DNA of 64,000 bases from the human T2T-CHM13v2.0 reference genome, Homo sapiens, in assembly GCF_009914755.1 (NCBI RefSeq), contig NC_060946.1, one strand, 5' to 3'. Under the pieces are notes generated by a model that saw nothing but the letters and a program-made list of their open reading frames with translations, made no database searches and was not told the DNA's origin. This document shows, in pieces, positions 46,001 to 61,298 of this stretch; position 1 is the first letter of the stretch, and every line of letters starts with the position of its first letter. The position numbers were made by a program, and so were the translations under genes.

Positions 46001-46513
46001 ACCCAGAGATTCTCACAGCAATGCTAGACTCACAGATCTCCATTTATGTAGCTGTGTGGGACTGGAATCAGGCAGTATTCCCCAGAGTGAATCTGGAATC
46101 CTTTCTGAATTAATATAATACAAGGCTTCTGATTAGCTGGTTTGGATTCCGTCCTTGGCTCATTTATGCAGCTAACCTACCCCTGTCAAGCACCTGCTGT
46201 GTGCCAGCTGCAGTACCGGGTGCATTTGCATACCTGATGTTGGACGTTACTTAACCCTCATAATCCTCCTGAGGATGGAGACCAAGGGAGGCAGCCGCAC
46301 TTAGTGCCAGGGCCCTGGGTGCAGAGGCTGGGGTTCTCCCTGCTGTCTGTGCTCTGTCAGTCCTTTGAGCCAAGTCAGTGGTCCTTTGTTATGTTTCTCT
46401 CCCAAGCATGGAGTGCCATGAGGATGGTGGCGGCATGGTGGGCGGGGCGGTGGGGGGGCTCCCTATTTTGCAGAGTTAAAAAAAGACTAGTTAGTGCTAA
46501 AAGCACAGATTCT

Positions 46514-46799
46514 GGGCTGGGTATGTTGGCTCACGCCTGTAATCCCAGCACTTTGGGAGGCGGATCATGAGGTCAAGAGTTCGAGACCAGCCTGGCCAAC
46601 ATGGTGAAACCCCATCTCTACTAAAAATACAAAAATTAGCTGGGCATGGTGTCATGCACCTGTAATACCAGCTACTCGGAAGGCTGAGGCAGGCGAATCA
46701 CTTGAACCCGGGAGGCAGAGGTTTCAGTGAGCCGAGATCGTACCATTGCACACCAGCCTGGGCAACAAGAGCAAGACTCCATCTGAAAAAAAAAAAAAA
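46514..46799 (+). mobile_element. AluS
   Basis: Alu with TSD cacagattctgg, inserted in a MIR. Confidence 0.94.
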
Positions 46800-46919
46800 C
46801 CCACAGATTCTGGAGCCAGAAGGCCTGGGTTTGAATCACAGCTTTTCCCAGCTTTGCAATCTACCAGCATGTGACTTAAGCAGCTTGCTTGATGGCATTT
46901 GTGCTTCAGTTTCCTCCTC

Positions 46920-47375
46920 CTTTCTTTTCTCTTTTCCTTTTTTTTTTTTTTTTGAGACAGGGTCTTGCCCTGTTCCCCAGGCTGGAGTGCAGTGGCATGA
47001 TCTTAGCTCACTTACTTCAGGCTAGAACTCCTGGGTTCAAGGACTCTTCCTGCCTCAGCCTCCCAAGTAGCTATGATTATAGGTGCAGGTTACCATGCCC
47101 AACAATTTCCCTAGCTCTAAAATGGAGAAAATAACAATATGTTATGGACATGTTGTGAAGAATACATCTGTTGACGTATACAATGCTCATAGAACAGTGC
47201 CTGGCACATAGTTGGCTCTAAAAGTGCTTATTAACAGACAGGGTGCAGTGGCCCATGCCTGTCATCCCAGCACTTTGGGAGGCTGAGGCAGGACGTTCGC
47301 TTGAGCCCAGGAGTTTGAGACCAGCCTGGGCAACGGAGTGAGATGTCAGCTCTATAAAAATTTTTTTAAATAAAT
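46920..47375. mobile_element. Alu monomers: reverse right arm 46920-47100; forward FLAM-like 47238-47375
   Basis: Alu monomer sequences. Confidence 0.8.
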
Positions 47376-49524
47376 AAGCAATTATTATCAATATGATTAT
47401 ATTTACTGCTATCTTATAAGAATATTATAAATAAATACATAAACTGTTATACATAAATATTTTGGAGGTATGATTTACATACAGCAAAAGGTATATATCA
47501 TAAAGGTATAGCTTGAGTTTTGACAAATGCACATACCCGTGTAAGTCACACCCTGTTAAGATCTAGGACATTCTCATCTCCCAGAGAAAGTTCCCTTAGC
47601 CCCTTTCCACTTAGTCCCTGCTTTTCTGGCTCTCAATAGACATTTCTTGAATGAATGAGTAGGTTAAAGAATGTGTACTGAGAATCCATCGTATTTGATC
47701 CCAAACCTCTTCATGCCAATTGTACTACTTGTAATCGTCATTACATAACCCGATTAGCTGTTATATAAATGTATGAGATACAACTGCAAAGAGAAAGAGA
47801 TTTGTCATACTCTGAAAACTTAATTAAACACTTTGAAAAGATTCCATACAGGCAAATTGCTAAAAAAAGAAGTCCCATCCTGTGAGGGGCGGGGGACACT
47901 GTCAAAGACAAGGGTGAGGAATCGTAAACATCTAGATGAGTTCTACACTCCCTGCTTCCTTGGTGTCTGGGCCTCCACTCGGAGCTGTGCCTTTCCCGGC
48001 ACCTGCAGCACAGGTGACCCAGCCTCTGGGTGGAGAGCTCCTCTCCCCACTGCCCTCGAAGCCTGTCCCTCCTGGGGAAATAGCACAGCTTAGAGGCTTA
48101 GAGTCCCATGCCTGAATGTCAGGGGCAAGGCATGGGTGACCAGGAAGACAGAGGTAAGATTCCAGGGCCCCACCTCCCATAACTTACCCACCACACCCCA
48201 AACCAAGGTTGCTCCTTGAGGTTTTTAATATATTGGACTAATATGATTTTGCTTAAAGAGATTTTTTTTCTAAAGCTCAAAAATGGAAAAGAAAGTAGAA
48301 AACCAGTGATGTGGTGCTGGTCACCACCCCCAGTCAGAAATGAGGAGACTTTCAAACAGGGTGGGGGCCTTGCCCAGTGACACACAGGGATTGCTCTGGA
48401 AGAGACTGGGCTTCCAACTCAGAGTTCTTAGCATTTCGTATGGTGATTTCCATGCAGTGATGAGGAGGGTGCCATCTGGGTGTTTTCCAGCCCTGGAGAG
48501 CTGAGGCCATGCTCAGGGAACACACCTACAGCCTGCGAAGGTCCCTTTTCCCTCCCTGCCCCCATGGTACCCTCTGCAGAACTGGAGTTTTGCACAGGTT
48601 TGGGGCTTAGGATGCACAAAGTGCCCGGCACGTGCCTGGTACCTCTTCAGCTCACAGGTAGTGCCCACACCCATGGGCCTAGCAAGGTCCCTGCTGCTTC
48701 TAAGGGGACTAGGGTCTTTGGCTCAGGTTTTCTCCCTCTGGGGCCTGGCAGGTGGCACGGGGCTGCTCATCCCTGAGGGAAAGTTAGGGATGAAGTCACC
48801 CTTCAGGTCCCTGGCCTGGTCAGGCGCACAGGCCATTTGCATGGGCTCAGGCTGATGTCACCCTGGGAAGCCATTCAACACTGGGGGCCACCTTCAGCCC
48901 TGGCTGCCCGCCTGCCTGTTGCATGTGTCCTGTTTTGTTTGTCGTGTGGGGCAGGGTCAGGGAGGAGCCCTGTGGTGGAGACAGTTTTCTGTGCTGTCTG
49001 AGAACAGGGTGATGCCATCCTTCTTCTCACTGAAGCATCTCAGGTTGGGAGCAGGCTGGTTCCCTGTTCAGATCCCAGCTCTGCCATCTGCCGGCTGGGT
49101 GGCTGTGGGCAGGTTACTTTGCCCCTTGGTGCCTCACTGTCTTCCCCTCTGAAGGGGATGGCCGGGGCATAACCGCATAGAGTTGTAAGATTGACACGAG
49201 TTGATGGGTGTGAAACTCTTTAGCGCAGCATTGGCCATTAGGAACACCTGTTAGCCATTGTTGTTGTGATTATGGTGGTGGTGATGGCTGTGGTAATTGT
49301 CTGGGAGATGTTTATGAGTGCTGTTATATTATTCCCAGAATTGATTGAAGTCACACTTTTCAAAGAAAACAGACACATTTGTCCCTTCTTGGATCCCCAC
49401 TTGTTTTAAATCAATGCAACTTAACAAGACACATATAATCTGTAAGCAGGGGCTTGCATTGTTTCCAAAACCTTTACTAAAGCTCTCACTCACCCTTCCA
49501 GTTTGCAAACTATTGTTAGAGAAC

Positions 49525-49665
49525 GGAGGTTCTCAAACAATGCAAGTACCCAGGCCCCACCTCCTAGACATCTGACATAATTGGTCTGAGATGCAGTCCA
49601 GGCGGTTGGAGTTTTAAAAGCTCCTAGGTGATTCTAAGGTGCAGCCAGGGCTGAGACCCACTGGG
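49525..49665. mobile_element. MER5A-like hAT MITE
   Basis: ggttctcaaac...aaaagctcctaggtgattctaaggtgcagccagggctgagacccactg. Confidence 0.75.
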
Positions 49666-50068
49666 GTCAGGGGGCATAGCAGAAAGAACACAGGCTGTGC
49701 AGTAAGAAAAACCCCAGATCAAATCCCAGATCTGCCAGTTACCTCCTGAGCGACCCGGGGGCAAGTTTCTGCCCCTCTCGGAGCCTCGGTTTCTTTATCT
49801 GTAATGTGTTTCAGGAGTCTGTTGGGAAGTACGTGAGATTCATGTGAATGGTACCTCTTATGGGGCTGGTGAGTCCAAGTGGACATTTCATAGATACATC
49901 TCCAGAATATCAGGGCTTGGAAGTGACCTTAGACCCTGCCAGCTGTTCCCACCTTGTCTCTCTACTGAAGATCCCTGTTACAGGTTCTCCTCACTTTCAC
50001 AGCCTGGACATTTCCCAGAGTTCTTCATGGAAGCACCTTAATGAGTGTTCCATGGATAAAGAATACCA

Positions 50069-50376
<308 letters not shown>

Positions 50377-50789
50377 TCACTTGGTTAAACAATGTTTTTA
50401 ATGCAGGACTTTTCAGAGCCTTTTATTATGCAAATATACATTAGGAACCTCCAGACGTGGTCCTTGGCACCCTGCTGTATTTCTGAGATCTCAGATGAGA
50501 GAATTGTTGCAGATTTGCTCACTGACTTGATTGGGGAAATCTCACTACACTGAACGTACACACCAATGGTAAGATTTCCACTTTCAGAAATGCTAAGTCT
50601 GGGGGAGAAATGTGCCTCTAACTGGAAGGTTTCAGTAGCATGTGTTGACCACAGAATTCACAAAGCATTTCACTAGGTTGTATCTTGCATAACACACTTC
50701 AAATGGGCCTGGTCATTTTGTTTTCCTTTTAGAAGTAGATAGATTAGCTTCCATCAAAAGACTCTGTTCTTCGAATTGTCTTTATATAG

Positions 50790-51124
<335 letters not shown>

Positions 51125-52429
51125 CTCCTTGATTTTTATTGGGCGGAGAGGAAGGTACATGCATAGATGTATACATCACCCTCAGTCTAGACATTGGTGT
51201 CCCTTCCAGATGCAAAGATACTGGCCTGAGAGGGCCTTGAGATTCCACAAGGGGAACTTTCCATCTGGTACAGGACCCCCTTTATTTAGAGAAGAGAGCC
51301 TCAGCCCAGACAAAGAAACAACTTGGCCAAGGTGACACCGCCTCTTTGGAGCAAGCCTGAAGGCAGAGCTTTGCCGCAGAGTTGGGTTTCCTTTTGCTGC
51401 CCTCCCCTGTGACTGAGTACCTTGCATGCTGTTTTTTCAGCCTGAGCCTGGTTGGCCTCCAGTTATTATTGAAATGAGTGGATGTTTCCGGGAACACAGC
51501 AAATCCATAGAGTTTAATTAATGAATGTGCCAGAGGGCTTGGCAGCTGGATTCTTGTGTTTACCATGGGTTTGGCTGGCAGGCAATTCAGGAAGAACTTT
51601 AAGGAGGGTGGGGTCCATCTCCCTAGCCCTGCTTGCTCTCCTGGTATTGGTATGTGTGTGTGTGTGTGTACCCGAAATCTGATTTTCCCAACACTTTTAT
51701 AGGCATGTGATGCATACGGTTTTTTCATTATTGTTTTTAAAAGTACTGGCATTTTATTTTTTGCATTTATCAATTTGTCAAAACAAAATCATCTCCACAA
51801 TGACCTTGGAAATAGTAGTTAAATGTCTCTGACTTACACAGACCTAAGTAGGAGTTGTGTTGTCTCTTCTGTCGTCCCAGTTGGGGTTGTGAAATGAGCA
51901 ATAAAGCTCAGATCACCTTGCAGCCTCCAGCCCAGAGAGTTGGAGGCAGCTCAGGAGAGCAGCAGCCTAGCCATGCTGCCGCTCTGCAGCTTTGCAAAGC
52001 TGGGAGGCCTAGTGGTTTCAAGGCTTGGATTGAGACAGACCAGAATTTAAATCCCAGACCCACCACTTGCCAGCTCTGTAACCTGGGGTAAACTCCTTAA
52101 CTTCTCTGAACCTCAGTTTCTTCTCAGGTAAATTGAGGATAATAATATACAGGCAGACCTGATGTAAAGATTAAATAATACAGGTAAAGCACTTAGCACC
52201 ATGTCACGTAGCAGACACTCTATACATGTTAGCAGTTATCCTAATCATCATACGTACATTCCATTTTCTAGGGGTGACCACTGAGTTCTGGGTAGATTCA
52301 TTGAGTTGCCAAAGGATTGATGTAACATGACAGTAAGGCATTTGTTTGTGACAGTCCCTATCCCTGCCCCATCTCATTTAGTTTATATTCACAAGAATTT
52401 GAGGGCTAGTCTGCACTTTGGGCTGTTAG

Positions 52430-52760
<331 letters not shown>

Positions 52761-54578
52761 TGATTTTGGGATTTTTGTGTGTTTCTTTGTGTAGTATTGG
52801 CTGTTTGTTCTTCCCTCTGTGTTCACAGTTTTGAAATTTCCTTCCCACTCTCGAAGTCTAAAGAATTGAAGTCAGACATGTGACTAATTAACACCTCTTA
52901 ATTGGGGAAATATGACCTTTTAGATGTTATTATAATAAAATGGCAGCTACAAAAAGAAGGTGATTCTGCCCCTCACGTGGCTGTCTGGTGGGTGTCAGCT
53001 CCAGAAAAGGACAGGGAGAGCACATCCTCTTGGGCTGTCCTCTTTGGTTCTGCGTTTCCAGTTCACTGCAAAGTCAGACAGCAGCCACGTCACGACAGCA
53101 TCACCACAGTACTGATGGCTGACGTGCATTGAGCGCTTACCATGTGCCCAGGGCACTGTGCTAAATGCTTCAAGTCCTTTGATGCTTTGCATCCTTGCAG
53201 CCACCCTGCGAGGTAGGTATTATCATCCTGCTTTACAATTGTGGGAACTGAGGCTCAGGAAGGTGAAGTGGCTTGCCCAAGGTCACACAGCTGGCAGGCT
53301 ACAGAATCAGCATTTGAACTAGGGCTTGCACTTGAGACCAGGAGCACAGCCTATCCCAGAGTTGTGTACTCTGCAGCTAACTTGAGCTCTGAGTAGGAAA
53401 CTTCCTTGGCCCTATTTAGAGGAGAAAGACAGGGAGGGAGCTCATGTTCCTTAGGTATCTACCCTGCTTCATGTGCCTTTTATATATCTTTCATTTCATT
53501 CTTGGTTTTAAACACCCCCTCCTCTCTCTCTCTCATACAGACACAAACACAATCAGCATTATGATCCTTGCTTTTCAGATGAAGAAATCAAGGCTCAGAG
53601 ACAACAAGGGGCTTCACCCAGATCACACAGCCAGTAAGCATCAGATTTTGAACCCAGGTGTGGCTGATTCTGAGCTCTTGCTTTTTTCTACACTGAACCA
53701 GACTGTGGCATTTCTGATTATGTTCTCAAAGGGGAGAAGGGATAATGTGAATTCAGAGCTTGGCATCACGCAAACAGCCCTAAACCGTGAGTCAGGAAGC
53801 CTGGGATTTCTGGGCAGTACCCTGCTGGGATTTCTGTGGCAGTACCCAGAAAATCCTGCCCGTTTTTGCCTCCATTTGTCCCATTTGTACCACAGGGACG
53901 TGGTCTCCCAGGTTTCTGAGCCTCTTCTGCATGTCAGCATTTCGTGTATATTCTGATTATAGCCAAAGATGCTTGTCTGTGTATCCTGGAGGAGATGGAG
54001 CTTGGGGCAGAGCTATAGACCTTTGAGAGGATCCCTGGAGTAGGTGAATGTAGCACATCATGCCTCTCAAGGCAGAACTTAGACCAATAATGGTTTTTTT
54101 CTTTAAAAACCAAAGAGAAACTTTTCCCTAGTTGGGGGATAGACAAGTAGTGAGTTTCCCATTAAAAGGGTACATTTTTGAGGCATTCAGAATGATACGG
54201 ATACTTCAGGCATTAGGAAATGTGAAATAGTGAGGTTTAGCAAGTAGAGGCTGGGCACTCTAGATGCAAATACCTTTCAGCTCCGCAATCCTATTATTCT
54301 GTTCAAAGATAACCAGGTGGTGAGCCTATAGCAGGGTACCAAGTGGCTTTCCCTATATTTGCTAACTCTAAATGACTGGGAGTCGCTGCCTGGGGTGCAG
54401 TGTTAGGGATTCTCTGAGATTATCTAAGCTCACTTCTGTAATTGATTATTGATGTCTGCCATGGGCAAGGGAGTGTTACTGACTTTCTGATTTCATCTTT
54501 GCTGTTTTCAAAAGGGTACCCCTTTGTGTTTCCAACACGAAATTGTTACTTTTTTTTTCAATCAGGGAACAGGAGGAC

Positions 54579-54656
54579 ATGGATGTCAGCAAGAATAGGA
54601 ATAGCAGTCACCAAATCCCACAGCCCGAATTCTCTTCCTATGTTACCAGGCCTGTG
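54579..54656 (+). CDS. Weak candidate exon coding segment (MDVSKNRNSSHQIPQPEFSSYVTRPV), phase-0 donor
   Basis: GACATGG Kozak, GTG|gtaaca donor, upstream acceptor tttttttttcaatcag (54565). Confidence 0.15.
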
Positions 54657-55327
54657 GTAACACCTCTCTGTAAAGGTCAGAGGCTAAATTTAGGAAAGTG
54701 TCATGGAATCATGGAATGGTTATTATTCATGATGACTGTCCTTTGTTTCCCTCAGTTCGGGAGAATTACATAATGGCCAATAATTGATGTTAAAAAACAG
54801 GTGATAAACAAGAACATTTGAGATTAATCTCTTGTTTCTTAAAGAGGCACTTTTGTATACCTGCCTGATTTTCAAAGCTGTCCCCGATTGTTAGGTAAAC
54901 TGGACATGTGCTGAGGAATCGAATGGGGCACAGTTTACCAACTTCTATAAGTGTGTTTTTCACTTTCTGCTCAATCACTGTTATTTACCATTGTGTCCTC
55001 ATCAAGTGATTTTCTTTCAAACCAAAATAAAAGTTGCCCAACCCTTTCTGGGAGAGTTTGTCCTCCTGCCAGTACCTGCCTGCAGCTGGGAAAGTTTCCA
55101 GTAAGTAAACAGTTTACAGTGGAGGAGATTGAGGCCCAGAGAGGTTAAGTGACTTAGGCCTAACATGTCACACAGTCAAAGAGTGGCAGAGCTGGAATTA
55201 GAACCGAGGCCTGTTTATCTCAAAAGTTCCTCCACTTAAATATGCCAAGTGAATGGCTGTCCTGCAGTAGATTCTCAGTGTACAATGACTCATTTTTCTT
55301 GTGCTTGTCTAAAAATTGTTTGCCTCT

Positions 55328-55700
55328 GTATCTGTCAGGATCAGCTAGGTTGTGCTGCAGTGACAAATGGCCCTCAAAACTTCAGTGGCTTAAAACAGAA
55401 AAATAGGTTTTGTTTTTATTTTTTGAGCATTCTAAATGCCCGCTGTCATTGGCTGTGTCTGTGTTCCATGTCATCTTTACTCTGGTGGCCTAGGTTGATG
55501 GAATAGGTTGCCTGTGGGAACAGCCGGCTGCATGGCTGATGGAAGGAGATCATGGCCAACCAGTCATTGGCTCTTAAAGTTTCTGCCTGGAAATGAGTGA
55601 CAGCACTTTTTGCTTGCATTTCATTGGCTAGGGCAAGTCACATGACTGCACCTGAGACCAAGAGGGGTATATAATCCTTCGGTAGGGAGTGACATTGGAT
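55328..55700. mobile_element. MLT1J/K-like LTR
   Basis: tcaggatcagctaggttgtgctgcagtgacaaa...tcagtggcttaaaaca...tcattggctagggcaagtcacatg. Confidence 0.7.
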
Positions 55701-56819
55701 GTATGTGCCTTGCAGTATGGTCTGCCTGACACAGTCTCAACATGATCTTTATCAATTCATTTGTAGAAATAAGTCTGCCCAAGTCCATTTTCTCCTTCTC
55801 TGAAGCATGAGCCACCCTTTTGGATTAACTCTGCTCTTGTTGCTTAGATTGATTAACGATCCCTGAGTTGAACATTCACCTATTCTCATGTACAGCCCCA
55901 TCTCTGATTTTGATATATTCATTCATTTATTCATCTGTTGGTTCATCCTAGAGATGGACTGGAACCTGTGATGTGAAAAACAAAAACAAAAACAAAACAT
56001 CAACCTTCAAATACTAGAGTTCTTCAAAGAAATTCAGAGTTCTTTCAAGATATTCAGGCCCATATCTCTTCAACCCACCAAAGTGTTGCTGAGTAGCTCT
56101 TGGTGCCTGCATTTCTCTAGGTGGGCAACATTTATCGAGTGTCTGCCATGTGCCAGGTGCTTCCATGACCCAGGAAACTTCCAGAGATCTCAGGAAGATG
56201 TTTTGTCTTTGGGTGCTTGGGAATCCCACCCCCTTCCTGGTCTTCCCTCTGAGGGAAAGGAAAAAACAACTTCAGTGCTTGAGCAGAGAGAAGCACCAGC
56301 CACTGCACACCACCCCCAGACCCCAACTGAGAAGTAGTGGAGGAACAATTACTATGGCTTTTAGGCAATGTTGTAATGGGTCTCCTGGGCATCTGTGCTC
56401 ATCTTTTCTCAGTTGGGAATTCTGGGGATGCTGCTTGGAAGATATTTATAGAAGAAATGCTCATTGCCTGGGGTTCTCAGAGAGGCAATTACATAGTAAG
56501 AAGGGGGAGCCGAGGCCCCCCTGATGGGGCTCACCCTGGGAAGGCTGCAGGAAGATGCAGGCTTGGCAGGCTGCCTTATCTTGGCGAGGAGCCCTGAATC
56601 AGAAGCAGGCCTCCCTGGTTACAGAGGAGGCCTCAGGAAGTGGAGGGAGGCTGTATGGTACAAAGGTGGGGTCCAGCAGACTTGGCCTTGAATCTGGATT
56701 TTGCCACCTACTTGCTGTGTGACCTTGAGTAAATCACGTGGCCTCTCTGAGCTTTAGTTTCCCCTTCCATCCAGTTGTCAAAGATGTGGTAAGGCTTTAA
56801 TGACACCATCTATCTCCTC

Positions 56820-58090
56820 AGCAGATGCTTGTTGCATGCCTACTATGTGCTGGGGATTTATCAGAGAACAGACCATTTACTTTCTAGTTGGAGTTGGGAA
56901 GAGAGGCTATAAACAACAGCAAAAGCAGTCTAATATCATGGGTGGTGAGTGCTGTGAAGAAAAGTAAAGCAAAGTTGGGGAGATAGGCATGGGTTTTGGG
57001 GGACATATGTACTTTACACAAGAGCTTAGGGAAGCCCTCTTTGAGGAGGGAACATAGAAGAAATGAAAGAAATGAAGCCCAGAGCTCTGCAGATATCTAG
57101 GAAAAGGAAGAACATGCCAGAAGTGGGAACAGCAAGTGTGAAGGCCTAAGGACGGAGTGTGCTGTTCTTGGCTTACTTTAGAAAGCACATGGAGGTCTTT
57201 GTGGCCAGGTGGCAGTGAGTGAAGCTGAGAAGTGGTGTGGTGGCAGTGCAATTGATTAGTACTGCTGCGTAACAAATGATCACAAACTTAGTGACTTAAA
57301 ATAATATAAATATCTCACAGTTTTTGTCAGTCAGGAATCCAGGCCCAGTTGAGGGGTCCTCTGCATAGAGTCTCACAAGGCTGCAATCCGGGTGTTGGCT
57401 GGGCTGCATTCTCAGCTGGAGGCTCGACGGGAGAATCTGCTTCCAACCTCACTTGGGTTATTGGCAGAATTCATTTCCTTGGGGTAGAGGACTGACGGCC
57501 CTGGCCACTTGCTGGCTGTCAGCTGGAGTCCAGCCTAGAGGCTGTCCGCAGTTCCTTGCCACATGGGCTTTCTCATGGCCATTTGCTTCATTAAGCCAGC
57601 AAGGAGTATCTCTAGAGTGAGCCTGCTAGCAAGGTAGGGTTTTCTCTTTTTTTTTCCTTTTTTTTTTTTGAGACGGAGTCTCGCTCTTTCGCCCAGGCCG
57701 GACTGCGGTGGCACTATCTTGGCTCCCTGCAAGCTCCGCCTCCCAGGTTCATGCCATTCTCAAGGCAGGGTCTTCTATAATGTGATGCCGCAGGGGAATA
57801 ACATCCCATCCCCTTTGCCACATTCTGTTGGATGAAAGTAAGTCATGGGTTCTGCCTGCACCCAAGGGGAGGGGCTCACACAGGGCGTGAACACCAGGAG
57901 GCAGGGATCCTGGGAGGGGCACCTCGGGGTCTGTCAGCCACATGCAGTGAGCCGTGAGGGTCGATGCCAGAGAAGTGGGGAACAGGGAGCAGTGGGCAAG
58001 GGCCCCATAGGATGCAGTGAGGGCATTGGGACTTATTCTGTGTATGACAGGCATCCGTAGGAGGTTCTTGAGCAGAGGCGTGGTATGAGA
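56820..58090. mobile_element. LINE2 fragment split by a MaLR LTR (~57246-57900) that holds a truncated Alu arm (57640-57762, -)
   Basis: L2 motifs on both sides; gctgcgtaacaaatgatcacaaacttagtgacttaaa MLT1 start. Confidence 0.7.
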
Positions 58091-58412
58091 AATTGTCCGT
58101 ACCTCAAAGAGTGCATTTCATATGTGGTCACTGTCATCATGAATGGTTATTCCAGCTCCTGGACAGGTCATTGGTCAAAAATATATGGGAAGGAGAAGTG
58201 AGGGGGAGTTGGAAGAGTAGAGTTATTTTTCAGGCTCTTCCTGGGACTTGCTGTGGAACTTCCTACAAGGCCCTCACGTCTCAGAACCTCTGGCCCTCAT
58301 AAGACTGTAAAACAGATAAGACTGGGCTCAGAGGAGCTCCTCAGCCTACTGGGAGAACCAGACGTTAAACATGTAATCACCCTGCCAAATTACCCCTATA
58401 TTTTTATCCTAG

Positions 58413-58808
<396 letters not shown>

Positions 58809-59484
58809 ATTTTTTTCTTTGTAAATTTTTATTAATATATGTATCTTTATATCTAGATCTATATTTATATTTTATAGTGAAAAATGTATAACTTCTGTAA
58901 TCAGGGGAAAAAACCCTAATCACCAGGGTTTGGGAGTGACATATCTCTTTTCTAACTACCCTCCCCTACCTTCTGGGAACAGCCAATCCAGGCCTACGCA
59001 TGTCCCCACCTTTTATTTAAAGAGGTGATGCATCACGGGATTTTCCTTTCCCAGCCTGCTGAAGCCGAGGTCCAGAGGTTCTGACTTAGACCACAAGTTC
59101 ACGAGCCTGTCTGGCATCTTCCAAAGTGTGGCATTCAGTAGATGTGATTTGGAACCCTGGCTCGGTGATGTGTTAGCTCCGTGACCTTGGTCAAGCTCCT
59201 ATGTCTGTCCATGTCTCAAGTTTCCCAGTCTTTAATGATAATGCTATATAACCTTTACCTTACAGGGAAAATGAGGAGAGATGGGATGGGGTGAATCCCT
59301 GGGAAGCACCTTATAAGCCATGAGACACCACCAAAATGGTTGCTTGTTCAAGATTAAGAATTCATGAGCTGCCAGTTTCCCCATCAGGCACTTCTGCAGC
59401 AGGCCCTTAACCTCTGCAATCCCTGCAATTCCACACTAGCATCCTAGGGGTTGGGGGCACTGTGTACTTTAGCGGCAGCCTCTG

Positions 59485-59497
59485 GTTGCCTAGCAAC
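59485..59497. promoter_or_regulatory. RFX X-box with adjacent ETS-like site
   Basis: GTTGCCTAGCAAC followed by AGGAAAT. Confidence 0.65.
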
Positions 59498-59662
59498 AGG
59501 AAATCCATCCTGGTTGATACTCTTAATTCGTGGGAATGTTCTGCCCACTGAGATGGCGCTGATACTCAGTTACACGAGAAGGGGAAAATCAGCAGTCTGC
59601 ACAACTTGCCCACAAGTTGCCGAATCCGATCCCTTCTCAGAGTCCTCTCAGCCATAAATAAG

Positions 59663-59818
59663 ATGCTGGAGGCCACAGTAGAGTCACAGCTCTGGCTCTT
59701 CCCCAACAATTCCATGGTCACCAGGATTTCTTGGCACCATCCCCCTGCACTGGTTCCAGCTGCCATCTTCGCCAGAGGGTCTGGTTTGAAATGCTTTTTT
59801 GGGTCCACAGGGGCTGAG
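59663..59818 (+). CDS. Candidate alternative first coding exon (52 aa, MLEATVESQLWLF...GSTGAE), phase-0 donor
   Basis: AAGATG Kozak, open frame, consensus GAG|gtgagt donor, X-box ~170 bp upstream. Confidence 0.3.
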
Positions 59819-59852
59819 GTGAGTGGGATGTTGTCCATGTGTGCTTCTTTTA

Positions 59853-60162
<310 letters not shown>

Positions 60163-61055
60163 ACCAGGTGAATGAATCCAAGGTGCTCCTGTGCCTTACC
60201 TGGGAAGTAAGTGGGGACTGGCCCTTCAGAGGCAGGCCCCAGCTGCGCTTCCGTTCTCAAACTCAGAGCTCTCCAGTGTGAGGACTCCTTGGTAGGGACA
60301 CCTGGGCTTCTAAACAAAGGCTGATGAGGGGCTGTGATCTTTTCACAAGCCTTCACCCTTTTCCCACGTCTATTTACTCAGGTATTTTTCAGGCTCTCCC
60401 CGTCCTGGGCACCGGCCAAGGTGCCAAGGAGACAGTGGTGAGTGACATTCACCTTCCCTTCAGGGAGTTGCCAGTCAGCCAGGGGAAGAAGGCCTTGAAA
60501 CAAGAAAACCAGCAGACACACAAGAACTCCCAAAGGGTTAGGAAGGAAACAGATGGAATGTGTGGGCCTCCACTCTCAGGGGTCTGAGGAGGAGTCTACG
60601 CCAGCACAGGGTTGGGCAGGCTGAGCACATGGCAGATGTGTCAGAAAGCAACTGCCTTTTGTTCTGAAATGGTGTTTGTCATTATTTGAGGATGTTAACA
60701 TGTCCAAATGTCCATTTTGAAATGAATTCGTATAAAATAAAAACATTGCTGTGAAAAGCTCACAGTCCAGGGTCTGTCTTTCCTTCCTTCTCTCCTCCCT
60801 TCCTTCCTTTCTATAAATTGTCATGGGCTGTGAAATGTGAGATGCTGGTCTCCACTCATCTGGTTCCAGCTTCTCATCTGACAGATGTGGTTCCTGAGCC
60901 CAGTGGCCAGCCAGACCTTAGCCACCATCACATGCCCCTAACTGTCCTCTGCCCCATTTTCCCTGCAGATGACATGCACCAGGCTCCCCAACCCTCACCA
61001 CAAGCCCTGAGGGCCCTGGATAGCCTAGGAGTCTAGAAACCTGGGCCTAAGATTA

Positions 61056-61298
<243 letters not shown>

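Noticed and set aside
53444-53956. 170-aa + strand ORF
   Set aside because: Runs through a MIR, has no splice or Kozak support and a noise-like composition
56376-56501. MGLLGICAHLF...GNYI followed by ATA|gtaaga in phase 0
   Set aside because: Weak exonic side of the donor and no supporting promoter motifs; likely chance
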